From NCBI GenBank assembly GCA_016841045.1, contig JAENZX010000002.1:18375-50374 (forward strand): a stretch of DNA of 32,000 nucleotides, read 5' to 3'. Positions 7,093 to 16,693 of the stretch are shown here, piece after piece; the stretch's first letter is position 1; every line of letters starts with the position of its first letter. The notes under the pieces were generated by a model. It made no database searches. It was given only the letters and a program-made list of their open reading frames with translations, and was not told the DNA's origin. Source of the DNA: Thermincola ferriacetica. Its GTDB lineage: Bacteria > Bacillota > Thermincolia > Thermincolales > UBA2595. The translations under genes were made by a program, and so were the position numbers.

Positions 7093-9897
7093 ATGGAAGA
7101 CAACAACAAGATTGATTACAGCAAAACCCTTAACCTGCCGCAGACAGATTTTCCGATGAGGGGAAACCTTCCTGAGAGGGAACCTGAAACGTTGAAATTC
7201 TGGGAAGAACAAAACATTTATCAAAAGGTCCAGAAACAGAATGAAGGTAAACCTAAATTCATTTTGCATGACGGACCTCCCTACGCCAATGGAGATATAC
7301 ACCTGGGTCATACCTTAAATAAGGTTTTAAAAGATATTATTGTTAAATTTAAATCTATGGACGGTTATGATGCTCCTTATGTTCCTGGCTGGGACACCCA
7401 TGGTCTGCCTATTGAACAGCAGGCTATTAAAGCCTTGGGTATTAACAGGCATGAAGTAAGCGCTGTTGATTTCCGTAAGAAATGTAAAGAATACGCCCTG
7501 AAGTACGTGGACATCCAAAGGGAAGAATTTAAGAGGCTTGGCGTAAGAGGAGACTGGGATAATCCGTATTTGACACTTCAGCCTTACTTTGAGGCTAAAC
7601 AGATAGAAGTATTTGGTGAAATGGCCAAAAGAGGCTATATTTATAAAGGGCTGAAACCTGTTTACTGGTGCGCATCATGTGAGACAGCGCTGGCTGAGGC
7701 AGAGGTTGAGTATGGTGACAAGAAATCTGCTTCAATATTTGTTAAGTTCAAAGTAAGTGAAGGCAAAGGTGTACTTCCCGAGGATAATACTTATGTGGTA
7801 ATCTGGACTACCACTCCCTGGACACTGCCGGCTAATGTAGCTATAAGCCTTCATCCCGAATATGAATATTCACTGATTGAAGCAAATGGTGAAAAGCTGG
7901 TTGTGGCGTCCGGGCTTTTGGAGGCATTTACCAAACAAGTTGGATTAGATAAGTTCGAAGTTATTAAGACCTTAACAGGTACCGAGCTAGAAGGCATCCA
8001 GTGTCAGCATCCGTTTATGGAACGCCAATCAGTACTTATTTTGGGAGAACATGTAACTTTGGAACAGGGCACAGGATGTGTCCATACCGCTCCTGGCCAT
8101 GGTGTAGAGGACTTTGAAGTAGGTAAAAAATATAATTTGGATGTAGTAACACCTCTTGATAACAGAGGGATTTTTACAGCTGAAGGTGGTTTTCTACAGG
8201 GGCAGACAACTGACCAGGCTAATAAGAGTGTAGTAGTCAAACTTGACGAATTGGGTGCTCTGATGAAAATGGGCTGGATTCAGCACCAGTATCCCCACTG
8301 CTGGAGGTGCAAAAGCCCTATTCTGTTTAGAGCCACTGAACAGTGGTTTGCATCAATAGATGGTTTCCGTAAGCAGGCCCTGGAAGAAATCGACAGGGTT
8401 GAATGGGTTCCCACCTGGGGCCGCGATCGTATTTATAACATGATCGCAGACCGGGGAGACTGGTGTATTTCCAGGCAGAGAACCTGGGGTGTACCGATTC
8501 CCATTTTCTATTGTGAAGACTGCGGTAAAGAGCTGATTAATGATGAAACTATCAATCACGTTAAGGAGCTTGTAAGAGAACACGGATCTGATGTTTGGTT
8601 CGCAAGGGAGGCCAAAGACCTGCTTCCTGAGGGAATGTCCTGTCCGGCTTGCGGAAGCGGTAAGTTCCGCAAGGAAACGGACATTATGGATGTCTGGTTT
8701 GATTCAGGTTCAAGCCATTGGGCAGTACTTACTCAAAAAGAGTACTGGCCCGACCTGTCCTGGCCTGCCGACATTTACCTTGAAGGAAGCGACCAGCACA
8801 GGGGTTGGTTCAACTCTTCACTTTGTACTTCGGTTGCAACAAAGGGAAAAGCTCCATACAAAACTGTGCTTACCCACGGATTCCTGGTTGATGAGCAGGG
8901 GCGTAAAATGTCCAAGTCTATGGGTAATGTTACCGACCCGCTGGATGTAATCAAGCAGATGGGAGCAGATATACTCAGGCTTTGGGTTTCTTCCGTTGAT
9001 TATAAATCGGATGTGGCGGTATCTCCGGGGATATTAAAGCAGATGTCAGAGGCGTATCGTAAGATAAGAAATACTGCGAGATACCTTTTGGGTAACCTTT
9101 ATGACTACAATCCAGAAAAAGACCAGGTAGAGTATGAGAAGCTGCAGGAGATTGATAAGTGGGCCCTGTTAAAACTTAATAAGCTCGTTAAGAGGGTTAA
9201 GGAAGCTTACAGTAACTATGAGTTTCATGTTGTTTACCACTCAGTCCATAACTTCTGTACAGTGGACATGAGCGCTTTTTACCTGGATATCATCAAAGAC
9301 AGGCTTTATACTTCTCTGCCTGCATCCTTTGAGAGGCGGGCGGCCCAAACCGTTATGTACGAAATTATCACAGCCCTGGTTAAGCTTTTGGCGCCGGTGT
9401 TGGCATTTACCTCAGAAGAAATCTGGCGGTATATTCCTAAAGTGGCAGGTGATGATACTAGTGTTCAGCTTTGTACAATGCCCGAGGTCAGGGAAGATTA
9501 TATCAATGAGGAATTAGAAGTTAAATGGGGCAGGGTCATTAAGGTTCGTGACGAAATTGCCAGAGCTCTGGAGGCTGCACGCCGTGAAAAGGTCATTGGC
9601 CATTCACTGGATGCCCATGTTACTGTTTACGCTGACGGTGAGCTGTTGAGTTTCCTCAGGCCGTTTGAAGGAGAACTGGCTACTCTTCTTATCGTTTCTA
9701 AAGCTGAACTTGCTGAAGCGGAAAAAGCACCTGAAGCGGCCTTTACATCCGAAGAAGTCCCCGGGTTAAAGGTTGGGGTTTGCCAGGCTGCAGGGGTTAA
9801 GTGTGAGAGATGCTGGACATACAGCGAGGAAGTTGGTCGTGACAGTGAACACCCGGCTGTTTGTGGAAGGTGTCTGGAGGTTGTCAGAAACAGTTAG
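7093..9897 (+). CDS. ileS: Isoleucine--tRNA ligase (type 1, C-terminal zinc-binding)
   Basis: The protein has HIGH ([11 protein letters not shown]), KMSKS, a CP1 editing region and a C-terminal CERCW...CGRC. GAGGAGG precedes ATG 7093. The track ORF start at 6955 runs through the T-box terminator and is rejected. Confidence 0.97.
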   Translation: MEDNNKIDYSKTLNLPQTDFPMRGNLPEREPETLKFWEEQNIYQKVQKQNEGKPKFILHDGPPYANGDIHLGHTLNKVLKDIIVKFKSMDGYDAPYVPGWDTHGLPIEQQAIKALGINRHEVSAVDFRKKCKEYALKYVDIQREEFKRLGVRGDWDNPYLTLQPYFEAKQIEVFGEMAKRGYIYKGLKPVYWCASCETALAEAEVEYGDKKSASIFVKFKVSEGKGVLPEDNTYVVIWTTTPWTLPANVAISLHPEYEYSLIEANGEKLVVASGLLEAFTKQVGLDKFEVIKTLTGTELEGIQCQHPFMERQSVLILGEHVTLEQGTGCVHTAPGHGVEDFEVGKKYNLDVVTPLDNRGIFTAEGGFLQGQTTDQANKSVVVKLDELGALMKMGWIQHQYPHCWRCKSPILFRATEQWFASIDGFRKQALEEIDRVEWVPTWGRDRIYNMIADRGDWCISRQRTWGVPIPIFYCEDCGKELINDETINHVKELVREHGSDVWFAREAKDLLPEGMSCPACGSGKFRKETDIMDVWFDSGSSHWAVLTQKEYWPDLSWPADIYLEGSDQHRGWFNSSLCTSVATKGKAPYKTVLTHGFLVDEQGRKMSKSMGNVTDPLDVIKQMGADILRLWVSSVDYKSDVAVSPGILKQMSEAYRKIRNTARYLLGNLYDYNPEKDQVEYEKLQEIDKWALLKLNKLVKRVKEAYSNYEFHVVYHSVHNFCTVDMSAFYLDIIKDRLYTSLPASFERRAAQTVMYEIITALVKLLAPVLAFTSEEIWRYIPKVAGDDTSVQLCTMPEVREDYINEELEVKWGRVIKVRDEIARALEAARREKVIGHSLDAHVTVYADGELLSFLRPFEGELATLLIVSKAELAEAEKAPEAAFTSEEVPGLKVGVCQAAGVKCERCWTYSEEVGRDSEHPAVCGRCLEVVRNS

Positions 9898-10022
9898 AAA
9901 TCTTATGTGTAAGCAGGAATATTGGTGTAATTGTCGAAATACAATTTCAATAAGATTTTTAACGAATTATCAACAAAATTGACTAATTTTTAGAAAATAT
10001 AAAATTAGGGGAGGGTATTATA

Positions 10023-10223
10023 ATGTCGGATTTCAAATGTACTAACTGCGAGCTTTGCGGCAAAGAAGTAGATGCCAAACTCATGTGTTCCATTATCTTA
10101 AATGACGAAGAAGAAAAAGAAAAAGCATGCTGGTGTGTATGCAAAGACTGTATGCAGAACTTCAATGAAAATATCAAAAACTACTACAAAGAAATAATCA
10201 ATGATAAACCCAACAAAAAGTAA
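10023..10223 (+). CDS. Small Cys-rich hypothetical protein (66 aa, putative zinc-binding)
   Basis: A strong RBS (GGGGAGGG) lies 8 nt upstream of the ATG, and a terminator follows immediately. There are eight Cys residues arranged CxxCxxC ... C ... CxCxCxxC, an acidic centre and a Lys-rich tail. Confidence 0.6.
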   Translation: MSDFKCTNCELCGKEVDAKLMCSIILNDEEEKEKACWCVCKDCMQNFNENIKNYYKEIINDKPNKK

Positions 10224-10249
10224 AAAAGCGCTTCTGCGCTTTTTTTTTG
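10223..10249. terminator. Bidirectional rho-independent terminator shared by convergent genes
   Basis: In aaaaaagcgcttctgcgcttttttttt, the stem agcgc/gcgct is flanked by an A-run and a T-run. It lies between the convergent genes 10023-10223 (+) and 10263-10550 (-). Confidence 0.75.
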
Positions 10250-10262
10250 GGCAATTTTTACA

Positions 10263-10550
10263 TCAGGAATTAGAAACAGGCTTACGCCTTCTCTTCAATC
10301 TTTTTTCCTGGTATTCCATAAGGTTATTCAACCTTTTCTCCCTCAGTTTGCGGGTCATGTAACCGCCGATCTGTCCAGTTTCCGCCGCACTTAAACCGGC
10401 CCAGCCCACTTCTTTTACCTTAGGCCAGAGTCCCAGTTCTTTGGCAACCTCTATTTTAAATTTGTCAATTACCGTTGGCGGCTTTTTCTTTTTTTTCTTC
10501 TTGCCCGTTTTAGCTTTTGATACCCTTTTTTTCGTCGTTGTTGTGTCCAA
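10263..10550 (-). CDS. Alpha/beta-type small acid-soluble spore protein (SASP) family member with Lys-rich tails
   Basis: The core KIEVAKELGL...GLSAAETGQIGGYMTRKL fits the two conserved alpha/beta SASP helix motifs. The TTG start lies 8 nt after AAGGAGG. A forespore-type -10-like CATACTT (complement of 10569-10575) lies upstream. Confidence 0.7.
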   Translation of the reverse strand: MDTTTTKKRVSKAKTGKKKKKKKPPTVIDKFKIEVAKELGLWPKVKEVGWAGLSAAETGQIGGYMTRKLREKRLNNLMEYQEKRLKRRRKPVSNS

Positions 10551-10685
10551 ATCATCTACCTCCTTTGGAAAGTATGACCAGACCTTAATAATTTAATTAC
10601 TTTACGGGCTGACTTTTTTTTGAATTTGTATTATACTTATATTCAGTATAGTAAACGAATAAGGTTTTTCTTTTGGAGGTTATGT

Positions 10686-11366
10686 ATGAGAGTATTAGTT
10701 AAGGATGTTATGTCTAAAGGGGTTGTCAAGCTTAAAAAAACCCAAACGATACATGAAGTCAACCAACTCTTTCTTGATCGTGTCATAGATGGTGCTCCAG
10801 TGGTGGATGACATAGGCAGGGTTATTGGGGTTTTTACCAAGACCCACCTTATGCGTGCCTTTGGAAAACCATTAGATACGCCCATCGAACGGCTGATGAA
10901 TAAAAATGTTATGACTATCAGTGAATCAATGCCTGTTGAGGAGGCTATGAATATACCTGTCGGCCGGCTTCCGGTTGTAGACAAAAACGGGAAAATGGTG
11001 GGCTGGTTAACACGGACAGACTTGGCAAAGGCATTTGTCGACCATTACAAAAGGTCTATAGAAGGACTGCTCATGGTTGTTGATTCTACAGCTCACGGAC
11101 TAATGGCGATAGATGCAGGGGGTAAAATTACTGTTTTCAATAAAACAGCTGAACAGTTGTGGGATATTGACGCGGAAGAGATAGTTGGAATGCCTGTAAG
11201 TCAGATTTTTCCTGTCATGAAGATGGATTCTATATTATTAAGCGGTGATGCGGCTAGTTACAGGCTGCAGGTTGATGAAAATATTTATCAGGTTGATGCG
11301 ACACCCATGAAGGAAGACGGCAGAATCGTGGGTGGGGTGGCTCAGTTTTATAGATTACAAGACTAA
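10686..11366 (+). CDS. CBS-pair plus PAS domain protein (signalling, function unknown)
   Basis: It has two CBS repeats (VKDVMSKGVV...VIDGAPVVDD.GRVIGVFT and LMNKNVMTISE...LPVVDKNGKMVGWLTRTDL). A PAS-like C-terminus follows (AHGLMAIDAGGKITVFNKTAEQLW). GGAGG at 10675-10679 precedes ATG 10686, and the upstream extension in the track is unlikely. Confidence 0.75.
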   Translation: MRVLVKDVMSKGVVKLKKTQTIHEVNQLFLDRVIDGAPVVDDIGRVIGVFTKTHLMRAFGKPLDTPIERLMNKNVMTISESMPVEEAMNIPVGRLPVVDKNGKMVGWLTRTDLAKAFVDHYKRSIEGLLMVVDSTAHGLMAIDAGGKITVFNKTAEQLWDIDAEEIVGMPVSQIFPVMKMDSILLSGDAASYRLQVDENIYQVDATPMKEDGRIVGGVAQFYRLQD

Positions 11367-11373
11367 TAATCAG

Positions 11374-11424
11374 GCGGCCTTGGGCCTGTGACCGAAAGGA
11401 TCGCAGTTCAAGGCTGCTTTTTTT
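11374..11424 (+). terminator. Probable rho-independent terminator after the CBS-PAS gene
   Basis: gcggccttg (11374-11382) pairs with caaggctgc (11409-11417, one G-U), followed by T7 at 11418-11424. The loop is large (26 nt). Confidence 0.45.
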
Positions 11425-11470
11425 AGCTTTTTTCTATAGAAAATTAAAATTGTTAAAGGCGAGTGGTTAT

Positions 11471-12661
11471 ATGTTTGCTAAGATACTGGCAGAAGCAGCA
11501 AAGCTGCAGCCGGGGCTGGTAAAATTAAGAAGAACGATTCATAGCAACCCTGAACTTGGCTTTCAGGAGTGGGAAACATCAAAATTGGTTCAGGAAGAGC
11601 TAGCAGCCCTTAACCTTAAGGTAACCGCGGGAATTGCCAAAACAGGTGTATGTGCTTTAATAGACAAAGGCTTTGAGAAAACTATCGCACTGAGGGCAGA
11701 TATGGATGCTCTGCCCGTTGAAGAGCAGAGTGATGCAGTATATAAGTCCTGCAAAAAGGGAGTAATGCATGCATGCGGACATGATGCCCATGTTGCAATG
11801 CTGCTTGGGGCAGCCAAAATTATCACACTTCTTAAGGATGACCTTAAGGTAAATGTTAAGTTTATATTCCAGCCGTCTGAAGAATCAAAGGGCGGGGCTC
11901 TGCCAATGATCCAGGAGGGGATATTGGAGAACCCAAAAGTTGACGGCATATTCGGGCTTCATGTAAATCCCTATATACCGACAGGCTTCTTAGGTTATAA
12001 AGAAGGGGTTTTGATGGCTGCTGCAGACCGTATTAGTATTGAAATAAGGGGCCACGGGGGGCATGGTGCAGCACCCCATCAGTCGGTTGACCCCGTTGTT
12101 ATTGCGGCTCACGTTATTCTGGCTCTTCAAAACATAGTGAGCAGACAGATGGACCCGGTGGAGCCCGTAGTTGTTTCGGTGTGCTCAATAAATGGGGGCA
12201 GTTCTCATAATGTAATTCCTGATAAGGTGGAATTAGTTGGAACGGTTAGAACCATTGACCCCAATATACAAAAAACGATGCCTGATAAAATAAGGAATAT
12301 AGTAAAGGGGATAACTTCTTCTTTTGGAGCTGACTTCAGCTTTGATTATCAATATGGGTATCCTGCACTTCATAATAACAAACAAATGGTTGAGGTCGTG
12401 CGGCAGGCTGGATATGAAGTCTTTGGCCGTCAGCGCACCTTAAGTGTGGCAGCTCCATCTATGGGAGCGGAGGATTTTGCGTGTTTTAGCTCAAAGGTTC
12501 CCGGGGCATACTTCTTCTTGGGAGCCAGACCGCAAAAGGGTGAGGTGTATCCGTGGCATAATCCCAGGTTTGACATAGATGAATCAGTATTATCACAAGG
12601 AGCAAGCCTGATAACCGCATGTGTTTTCAAGTCCCAGGAAATTCTTTTGAAAGAGGGTTAA
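11471..12661 (+). CDS. M20D-family amidohydrolase (N-acyl-amino acid / hippurate hydrolase-like)
   Basis: It carries IHSNPELGFQE, the metal-ligand motifs HACGHDAH and QPSEE, and a dimerisation-domain region. Either ATG 11471 or TTG 11450 could be the start. Confidence 0.85.
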   Translation: MFAKILAEAAKLQPGLVKLRRTIHSNPELGFQEWETSKLVQEELAALNLKVTAGIAKTGVCALIDKGFEKTIALRADMDALPVEEQSDAVYKSCKKGVMHACGHDAHVAMLLGAAKIITLLKDDLKVNVKFIFQPSEESKGGALPMIQEGILENPKVDGIFGLHVNPYIPTGFLGYKEGVLMAAADRISIEIRGHGGHGAAPHQSVDPVVIAAHVILALQNIVSRQMDPVEPVVVSVCSINGGSSHNVIPDKVELVGTVRTIDPNIQKTMPDKIRNIVKGITSSFGADFSFDYQYGYPALHNNKQMVEVVRQAGYEVFGRQRTLSVAAPSMGAEDFACFSSKVPGAYFFLGARPQKGEVYPWHNPRFDIDESVLSQGASLITACVFKSQEILLKEG

Positions 12662-12662
12662 T

Positions 12663-13412
12663 ATGACGGTTCTAACTGAGCAGGAGAAAAAAAGGTATTA
12701 CCGCCATCTGGTGCTAAATGATATAGGTGAGGAAGGTCAGCTAAAACTAAAACAGGGAAGGGTATTAGTTGTTGGCTCAGGGGGCCTGGGGTCCCCGGTG
12801 CTCTACTACCTCGCTGCTGCAGGCGTTGGAAAGTTAGGAGTTGTTGACTGTGATACAGTTGACTTGAGCAATCTTAACCGTCAGATACTGCATAATACTG
12901 AGGATATTGGAAAACACAAAACTGTCTCAGCATACGAAAAGTTAGCGAGACTTAATCCTGATATTAGCATAATAACTGCCAATGTTCGTCTTACGGAAGA
13001 AAATGCAGCAGAACTCATTTCTGGATATCAGGTAGTGGTTGATGCTACTGATAATTTCCCGACACGTTATATATTAAACGAGGCCTGCGCTAAAAAGGGG
13101 ATTCCGTTTATTCACGGGGGGATTTCCGGCTTTTTTGGCCAGGTAACCACAATTATCCCCGGACAGGGCCCGTGTTTCCGATGTCTATTCCGTGACCCCC
13201 CACCCCCAGAAGCGCTCCCTGCCGCACCAGGAGTGCTGGGAGCGGTTGCAGGAACCATCGGCACTATTCAGGTTGGGGAAGTAGTCAAGATTCTCCTGAA
13301 TACAGGAACTCTCCTGACAGGCCGTCTTATGATGTATGATGCCCTGGAGATGTCCTTTAGGGAGATAAACATAAAAAAAGATCCGGGGTGCCCTGTTTGT
13401 GGGAGTAAGTAA
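12663..13412 (+). CDS. ThiF/MoeB/HesA-family E1-like adenylyltransferase
   Basis: It has RYYRHLVL, a nucleotide-binding loop VVGSGGLGSP, DxDxVxxSNLNRQ and two CxxC pairs (CFRC, CPVC). Its ATG lies 1 nt after the upstream stop (taatATG), and there is no rhodanese domain. Confidence 0.85.
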   Translation: MTVLTEQEKKRYYRHLVLNDIGEEGQLKLKQGRVLVVGSGGLGSPVLYYLAAAGVGKLGVVDCDTVDLSNLNRQILHNTEDIGKHKTVSAYEKLARLNPDISIITANVRLTEENAAELISGYQVVVDATDNFPTRYILNEACAKKGIPFIHGGISGFFGQVTTIIPGQGPCFRCLFRDPPPPEALPAAPGVLGAVAGTIGTIQVGEVVKILLNTGTLLTGRLMMYDALEMSFREINIKKDPGCPVCGSK

Positions 13413-13464
13413 TTTAGTTAAATTTGGCTTAGGGAGTTTTCAATTATAGGTTTAAGAAGGAAAA

Positions 13465-13760
13465 AAAGATTAACCGCAGAGGGTGAAATGATTCATTTGA
13501 GGCAGAAGAAGAGGACGCAAAGTACGCAGAGAGTCACAATTCTCCAAACGTACGGTATTCTTCCAAACTATAATTAAATTATTGTTGTAAATGAATAAAA
13601 AAATTTATCACCTAATCCTAAAAATGTTGTTTGATCAAAAAAGTAATACTTCTACATGGATAGAAAAAATTAAGTTGGCGTCAGCAGTGTCTCTCTGCGA
13701 CCTTTGCGTCCTCAGACCGTTGAGTAGTGCCCGTGAGCACCTCTGCGTTAAACCATCTTT
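13465..13760. mobile_element. MITE-like non-coding element with ~75-bp terminal inverted repeats (CGCAGAG-repeat family)
   Basis: The left end aaagattaaccgcagagg...gaggacgcaaagtacgcagagagtcac (13465-13537) is mirrored by gtgtctctctgcgacctttgcgtcctc...cctctgcgttaaaccatcttt (13687-13760). The interior is AT-rich, and the only ORF (13591-13788) lacks an RBS. Confidence 0.55.
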
Positions 13761-13844
13761 CCAATTGAAGAAGATTGCTTCTACATAACGGTAATTAATT
13801 TACAAATGTTAAAAAGTGTATTAGAGTTACCATGGGGCAACGTT

Positions 13845-13873
13845 TTGTTTTTTAATCTTTTTATGGTTAGAAT
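13845..13873 (+). promoter_or_regulatory. Candidate SigA promoter for the GxxExxY gene
   Basis: TTGTTT (13845-13850), a 17-nt spacer, then TAGAAT (13868-13873). Confidence 0.35.
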
Positions 13874-13918
13874 TAATAAACTTATAAAAAAGTATTCGTT
13901 TAGAAGGTGATTACTATA

Positions 13919-14314
13919 ATGGGTGGTATTGCAGCTAGTGAAATAAACGGTCTTTCGGATAAAATTATCGGTGCAGCAATTGAAGTTCATAAAGCAATGG
14001 GGGCCGGTTTATTTGAGAGTGTTTATGAGGAATGTCTCTGCTATGAATTTAACTTACGAAATATAAGTTTTGAACAGCAAAAAGTCATCCCTATAATTTA
14101 CAAAGGTAAAACTTTTGACCATGGTTTTCGAGCTGATTTGTTAGTTGAAGACACAATAATAGTGGAACTAAAATCAGTCAGTTCTGTCCTGCCAGTTCAT
14201 GAAGCACAGCTGTTGAACTATTTAAAGTTGTCTAATTTGAAGTTAGGATTGTTAATTAACTTTAATGTACCAATTTTGAAAAATGGGATAAAAAGAATAG
14301 TTAACGATCTCTAG
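13919..14314 (+). CDS. GxxExxY protein (PD-(D/E)XK nuclease superfamily, PDDEXK_3-like)
   Basis: It has KIIGAAIEVHKAMGAGLFESVYEECLCYEF with the literal G-x-x-E-x-x-Y motif, then D...VELK and HEAQLLNYLK. Either ATG 13919 or GTG 13907 could be the start. Confidence 0.85.
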   Translation: MGGIAASEINGLSDKIIGAAIEVHKAMGAGLFESVYEECLCYEFNLRNISFEQQKVIPIIYKGKTFDHGFRADLLVEDTIIVELKSVSSVLPVHEAQLLNYLKLSNLKLGLLINFNVPILKNGIKRIVNDL

Positions 14315-14334
14315 TATATGGGTTATACGGTTTC

Positions 14335-14381
14335 AAAAGATTGAGAACACATTATGTTAGGATGACTGTGACTCTCTGCGT
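14335..14381. repeat. Degenerate short copy of the CGCAGAG-repeat family
   Basis: aaaagattgagaacac (14335-14350) and gtgactctctgcgt (14368-14381) match the two TIR sub-motifs of the 13465-13760 element. Confidence 0.4.
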
Positions 14382-14460
14382 TTTATGTTCTTGAACTGAA
14401 ATTGAATTTGTATCATTTAAAACTACTATATACAATAAATATCAAGGGGAAATGGTTTAA

Positions 14461-16359
14461 TTGATATTACTACAGGCTAAGGATATTACCAAATCTTTTG
14501 GTGTAAATAAAATATTTGAGGATGTAAGTTTTATTATCCAGACAGGGGATAAGATTGGGTTGATTGGGCCTAACGGGGCCGGTAAGACTACTTTGTTCCG
14601 CAGTATTACCGGGGAAGAACCGGCTGATTCGGGAGAAGTGGTTAAAGCTGACCAAGTAAGTCTTGGTTACTTGCAGCAGATGCCTGATTACAGTCCTGGT
14701 ACTACATTGATGGATGCAATTCTGGATTCTTTTGCTGATTGTCTGATTTTAAGGGACAAGCTCAGGCGTCTTGAAGCAGATATGGGTAAACAGGACGGAG
14801 CTGATCTGGCTGCCACGATGGAGACCTATTCGAGAACTACCGAGGAATACGAAAAGTCAGGCGGGTTTGAATGTGAAGCCCTGGTAAGAAAAGTAGCCCA
14901 TGGTCTGGGATTTTCCAGGGAGGACCTTGAACGAGATGTTGCCGAATTTAGCGGGGGAGAAAAAACTAGGGCTGGACTGGCAAGGCTTTTGGTCAGGGAA
15001 CCTGATATTTTACTCCTGGATGAGCCTACAAACCACTTAGACTTAGCAGCTGTGGAGTGGCTTGAATCATACCTGAAAAATTATCGGGGTACTCTGCTGT
15101 TAATTTCTCATGACAGGTATTTTCTTGACCTGGTTACAAATAAGACTCTTGAACTAGAGTACGGCAGGCTTGAACAGTATAACGGCGGATACAGCAGGTA
15201 CCAGATCCTTAAAGAGGAAAGAGTGCTGTCACAGTCAAGGGCTTACGAAAAACAGCAGAAAGAAATAAAGAAAACTGAAGAATATATTAACAAATACCGG
15301 GCCGGAATTAAATCCAAACAGGCGCGAGGGCGGCAGTCCCAGCTTGATAGGCTGGAAAGAGTTGAGGCGGTTAAATCCAGTTCTGGCTTAAGGCTCAGTT
15401 CCGGGCTGCATAAAGCAGAAGCCAGCGGCAATATGATCATTAGTGTAAAGAACCTTGGTTTTGGCTACAACGGGAAAAAGCTATTTGAGGGGCTTGATTT
15501 TGAAATCTATGCCGGTGAAAAGGCAGCGTTGGTGGGCGGTAACGGCACAGGCAAGTCAACCCTGCTGAAGGTCATTATGGGTCAACTCACTGCAGATGAT
15601 GGAAGTGTGGAATTCGGCTCCAGAGTTAAAGTCGGCTACTATGATCAGGAACACAGGGGACTTGATGAAAACAAAGAGGTAATCGAAGAACTCACCTATA
15701 ACTTCGGTATGCCCGAGGCAGAAGCAAGAAACCACCTGGGAACCTTTATGTTCCGGGGGGATGATGTATTTAAACGTGTAAAAAGCCTGAGCGGGGGAGA
15801 GAAGGGACGGCTGTCCCTGTTGAAGCTCCTGCTGGAGAAACCCAATTTCCTAATCCTCGATGAACCTACCAACCATCTCGATATTAATTCTCGGAATGTT
15901 GTGGAAGACTTCCTGCAAAATTTCGAAGGGACTGTCCTGACTGTATCCCACGACAGGTATTTTCTCGATATGGTAACAGATCGGACCATGGAGCTTGCTG
16001 AAGGGAGTTTAAAGGAATATCCGGGTAATTACACTTATTATAAAGAGAAAAAAGAACTGCTTAAGAGAGAGGCGGAGCTCCGGCGGGTTCAGGAGGAGAA
16101 ACCATACGCCGCGCCAAAGGAAGTAAAAAAACCGGGCATAAACAAGGCTAAGACCAAAGAGCAGATTGCTGCCCTGGAGAAGGAAATTGAGACCCTGGAA
16201 GAGAGGCTTGAGGAGTTGTCGGCTCTGTTGGCTGATCCGGATGTATATCAGAATGGGGATAGTGCAAAGAATTTGGTGAGTGAGTATAAGATGTTGGAGG
16301 AGAAGATACCGGAGGTTTATGGGGACTGGGAGAGGTTGTGTGAGTTGATTAATGGGTGA
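14461..16359 (+). CDS. ABC-F family ATPase (tandem ABC domains, no TM domain; translation-associated)
   Basis: It has two Walker A sites (GPNGAGKTT, GGNGTGKST), two signatures (FSGGEKTRAGLA, LSGGEKGRLSLL) and a basic inter-domain linker (KYRAGIKSKQARGRQSQLDRLE). The C-terminal tail is coiled coil. Confidence 0.9.
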   Translation: MILLQAKDITKSFGVNKIFEDVSFIIQTGDKIGLIGPNGAGKTTLFRSITGEEPADSGEVVKADQVSLGYLQQMPDYSPGTTLMDAILDSFADCLILRDKLRRLEADMGKQDGADLAATMETYSRTTEEYEKSGGFECEALVRKVAHGLGFSREDLERDVAEFSGGEKTRAGLARLLVREPDILLLDEPTNHLDLAAVEWLESYLKNYRGTLLLISHDRYFLDLVTNKTLELEYGRLEQYNGGYSRYQILKEERVLSQSRAYEKQQKEIKKTEEYINKYRAGIKSKQARGRQSQLDRLERVEAVKSSSGLRLSSGLHKAEASGNMIISVKNLGFGYNGKKLFEGLDFEIYAGEKAALVGGNGTGKSTLLKVIMGQLTADDGSVEFGSRVKVGYYDQEHRGLDENKEVIEELTYNFGMPEAEARNHLGTFMFRGDDVFKRVKSLSGGEKGRLSLLKLLLEKPNFLILDEPTNHLDINSRNVVEDFLQNFEGTVLTVSHDRYFLDMVTDRTMELAEGSLKEYPGNYTYYKEKKELLKREAELRRVQEEKPYAAPKEVKKPGINKAKTKEQIAALEKEIETLEERLEELSALLADPDVYQNGDSAKNLVSEYKMLEEKIPEVYGDWERLCELING

Positions 16360-16414
16360 GTGTGAGGCTGTCGTGCGTCTAGCCAGCTGCCATCTTCCCA
16401 TTCTGGGATCGTAG

Positions 16415-16646
16415 AAAAGATTGAAACCGCAGAGGACGGAGAGAAAGAGTTTGGGGAGTGGCGTTGTGGGTCGGGATATATTGTCGAATAATGTCGGAAT
16501 TTTTGTCAAGGAAAGTGTTGATTTTTATCGAAGAATTAACAGTAGAACAAGAAAATGGAAGTTGGTAAATGAGAAATGTGTTGGATATGAGTGCAGTGAT
16601 GCCAGGGTAGGAAGGAAGGTTTTTAATCGCGGTTTAATCTCTTTTT
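16415..16646. mobile_element. Second MITE-like element of the same repeat family
   Basis: aaaagattgaaaccgcagagg (16415-16435) faces the inverted copy cgcggtttaatctcttttt (16628-16646). It lies directly 3' of the ABC-F gene. Confidence 0.45.
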
Positions 16647-16693
16647 CCTTTTCTTTGATGAGGCCAGCTTTTTTACTGTTCCTTTTTATTGGT

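Noticed and set aside
8591-8950. 119-aa plus-strand ORF in an alternative frame inside ileS, along with other internal or antisense ORFs in ileS, the CoA ligase, the sigma54 activator and the UbiD genes.
   Set aside because: They are fully nested in genes with unambiguous family signatures. They have no independent start signals.
13591-13788. 65-aa ORF between thiF-like and the GxxExxY gene.
   Set aside because: It lies within the MITE-like element and crosses its right inverted repeat. It is AT-rich and has no RBS.
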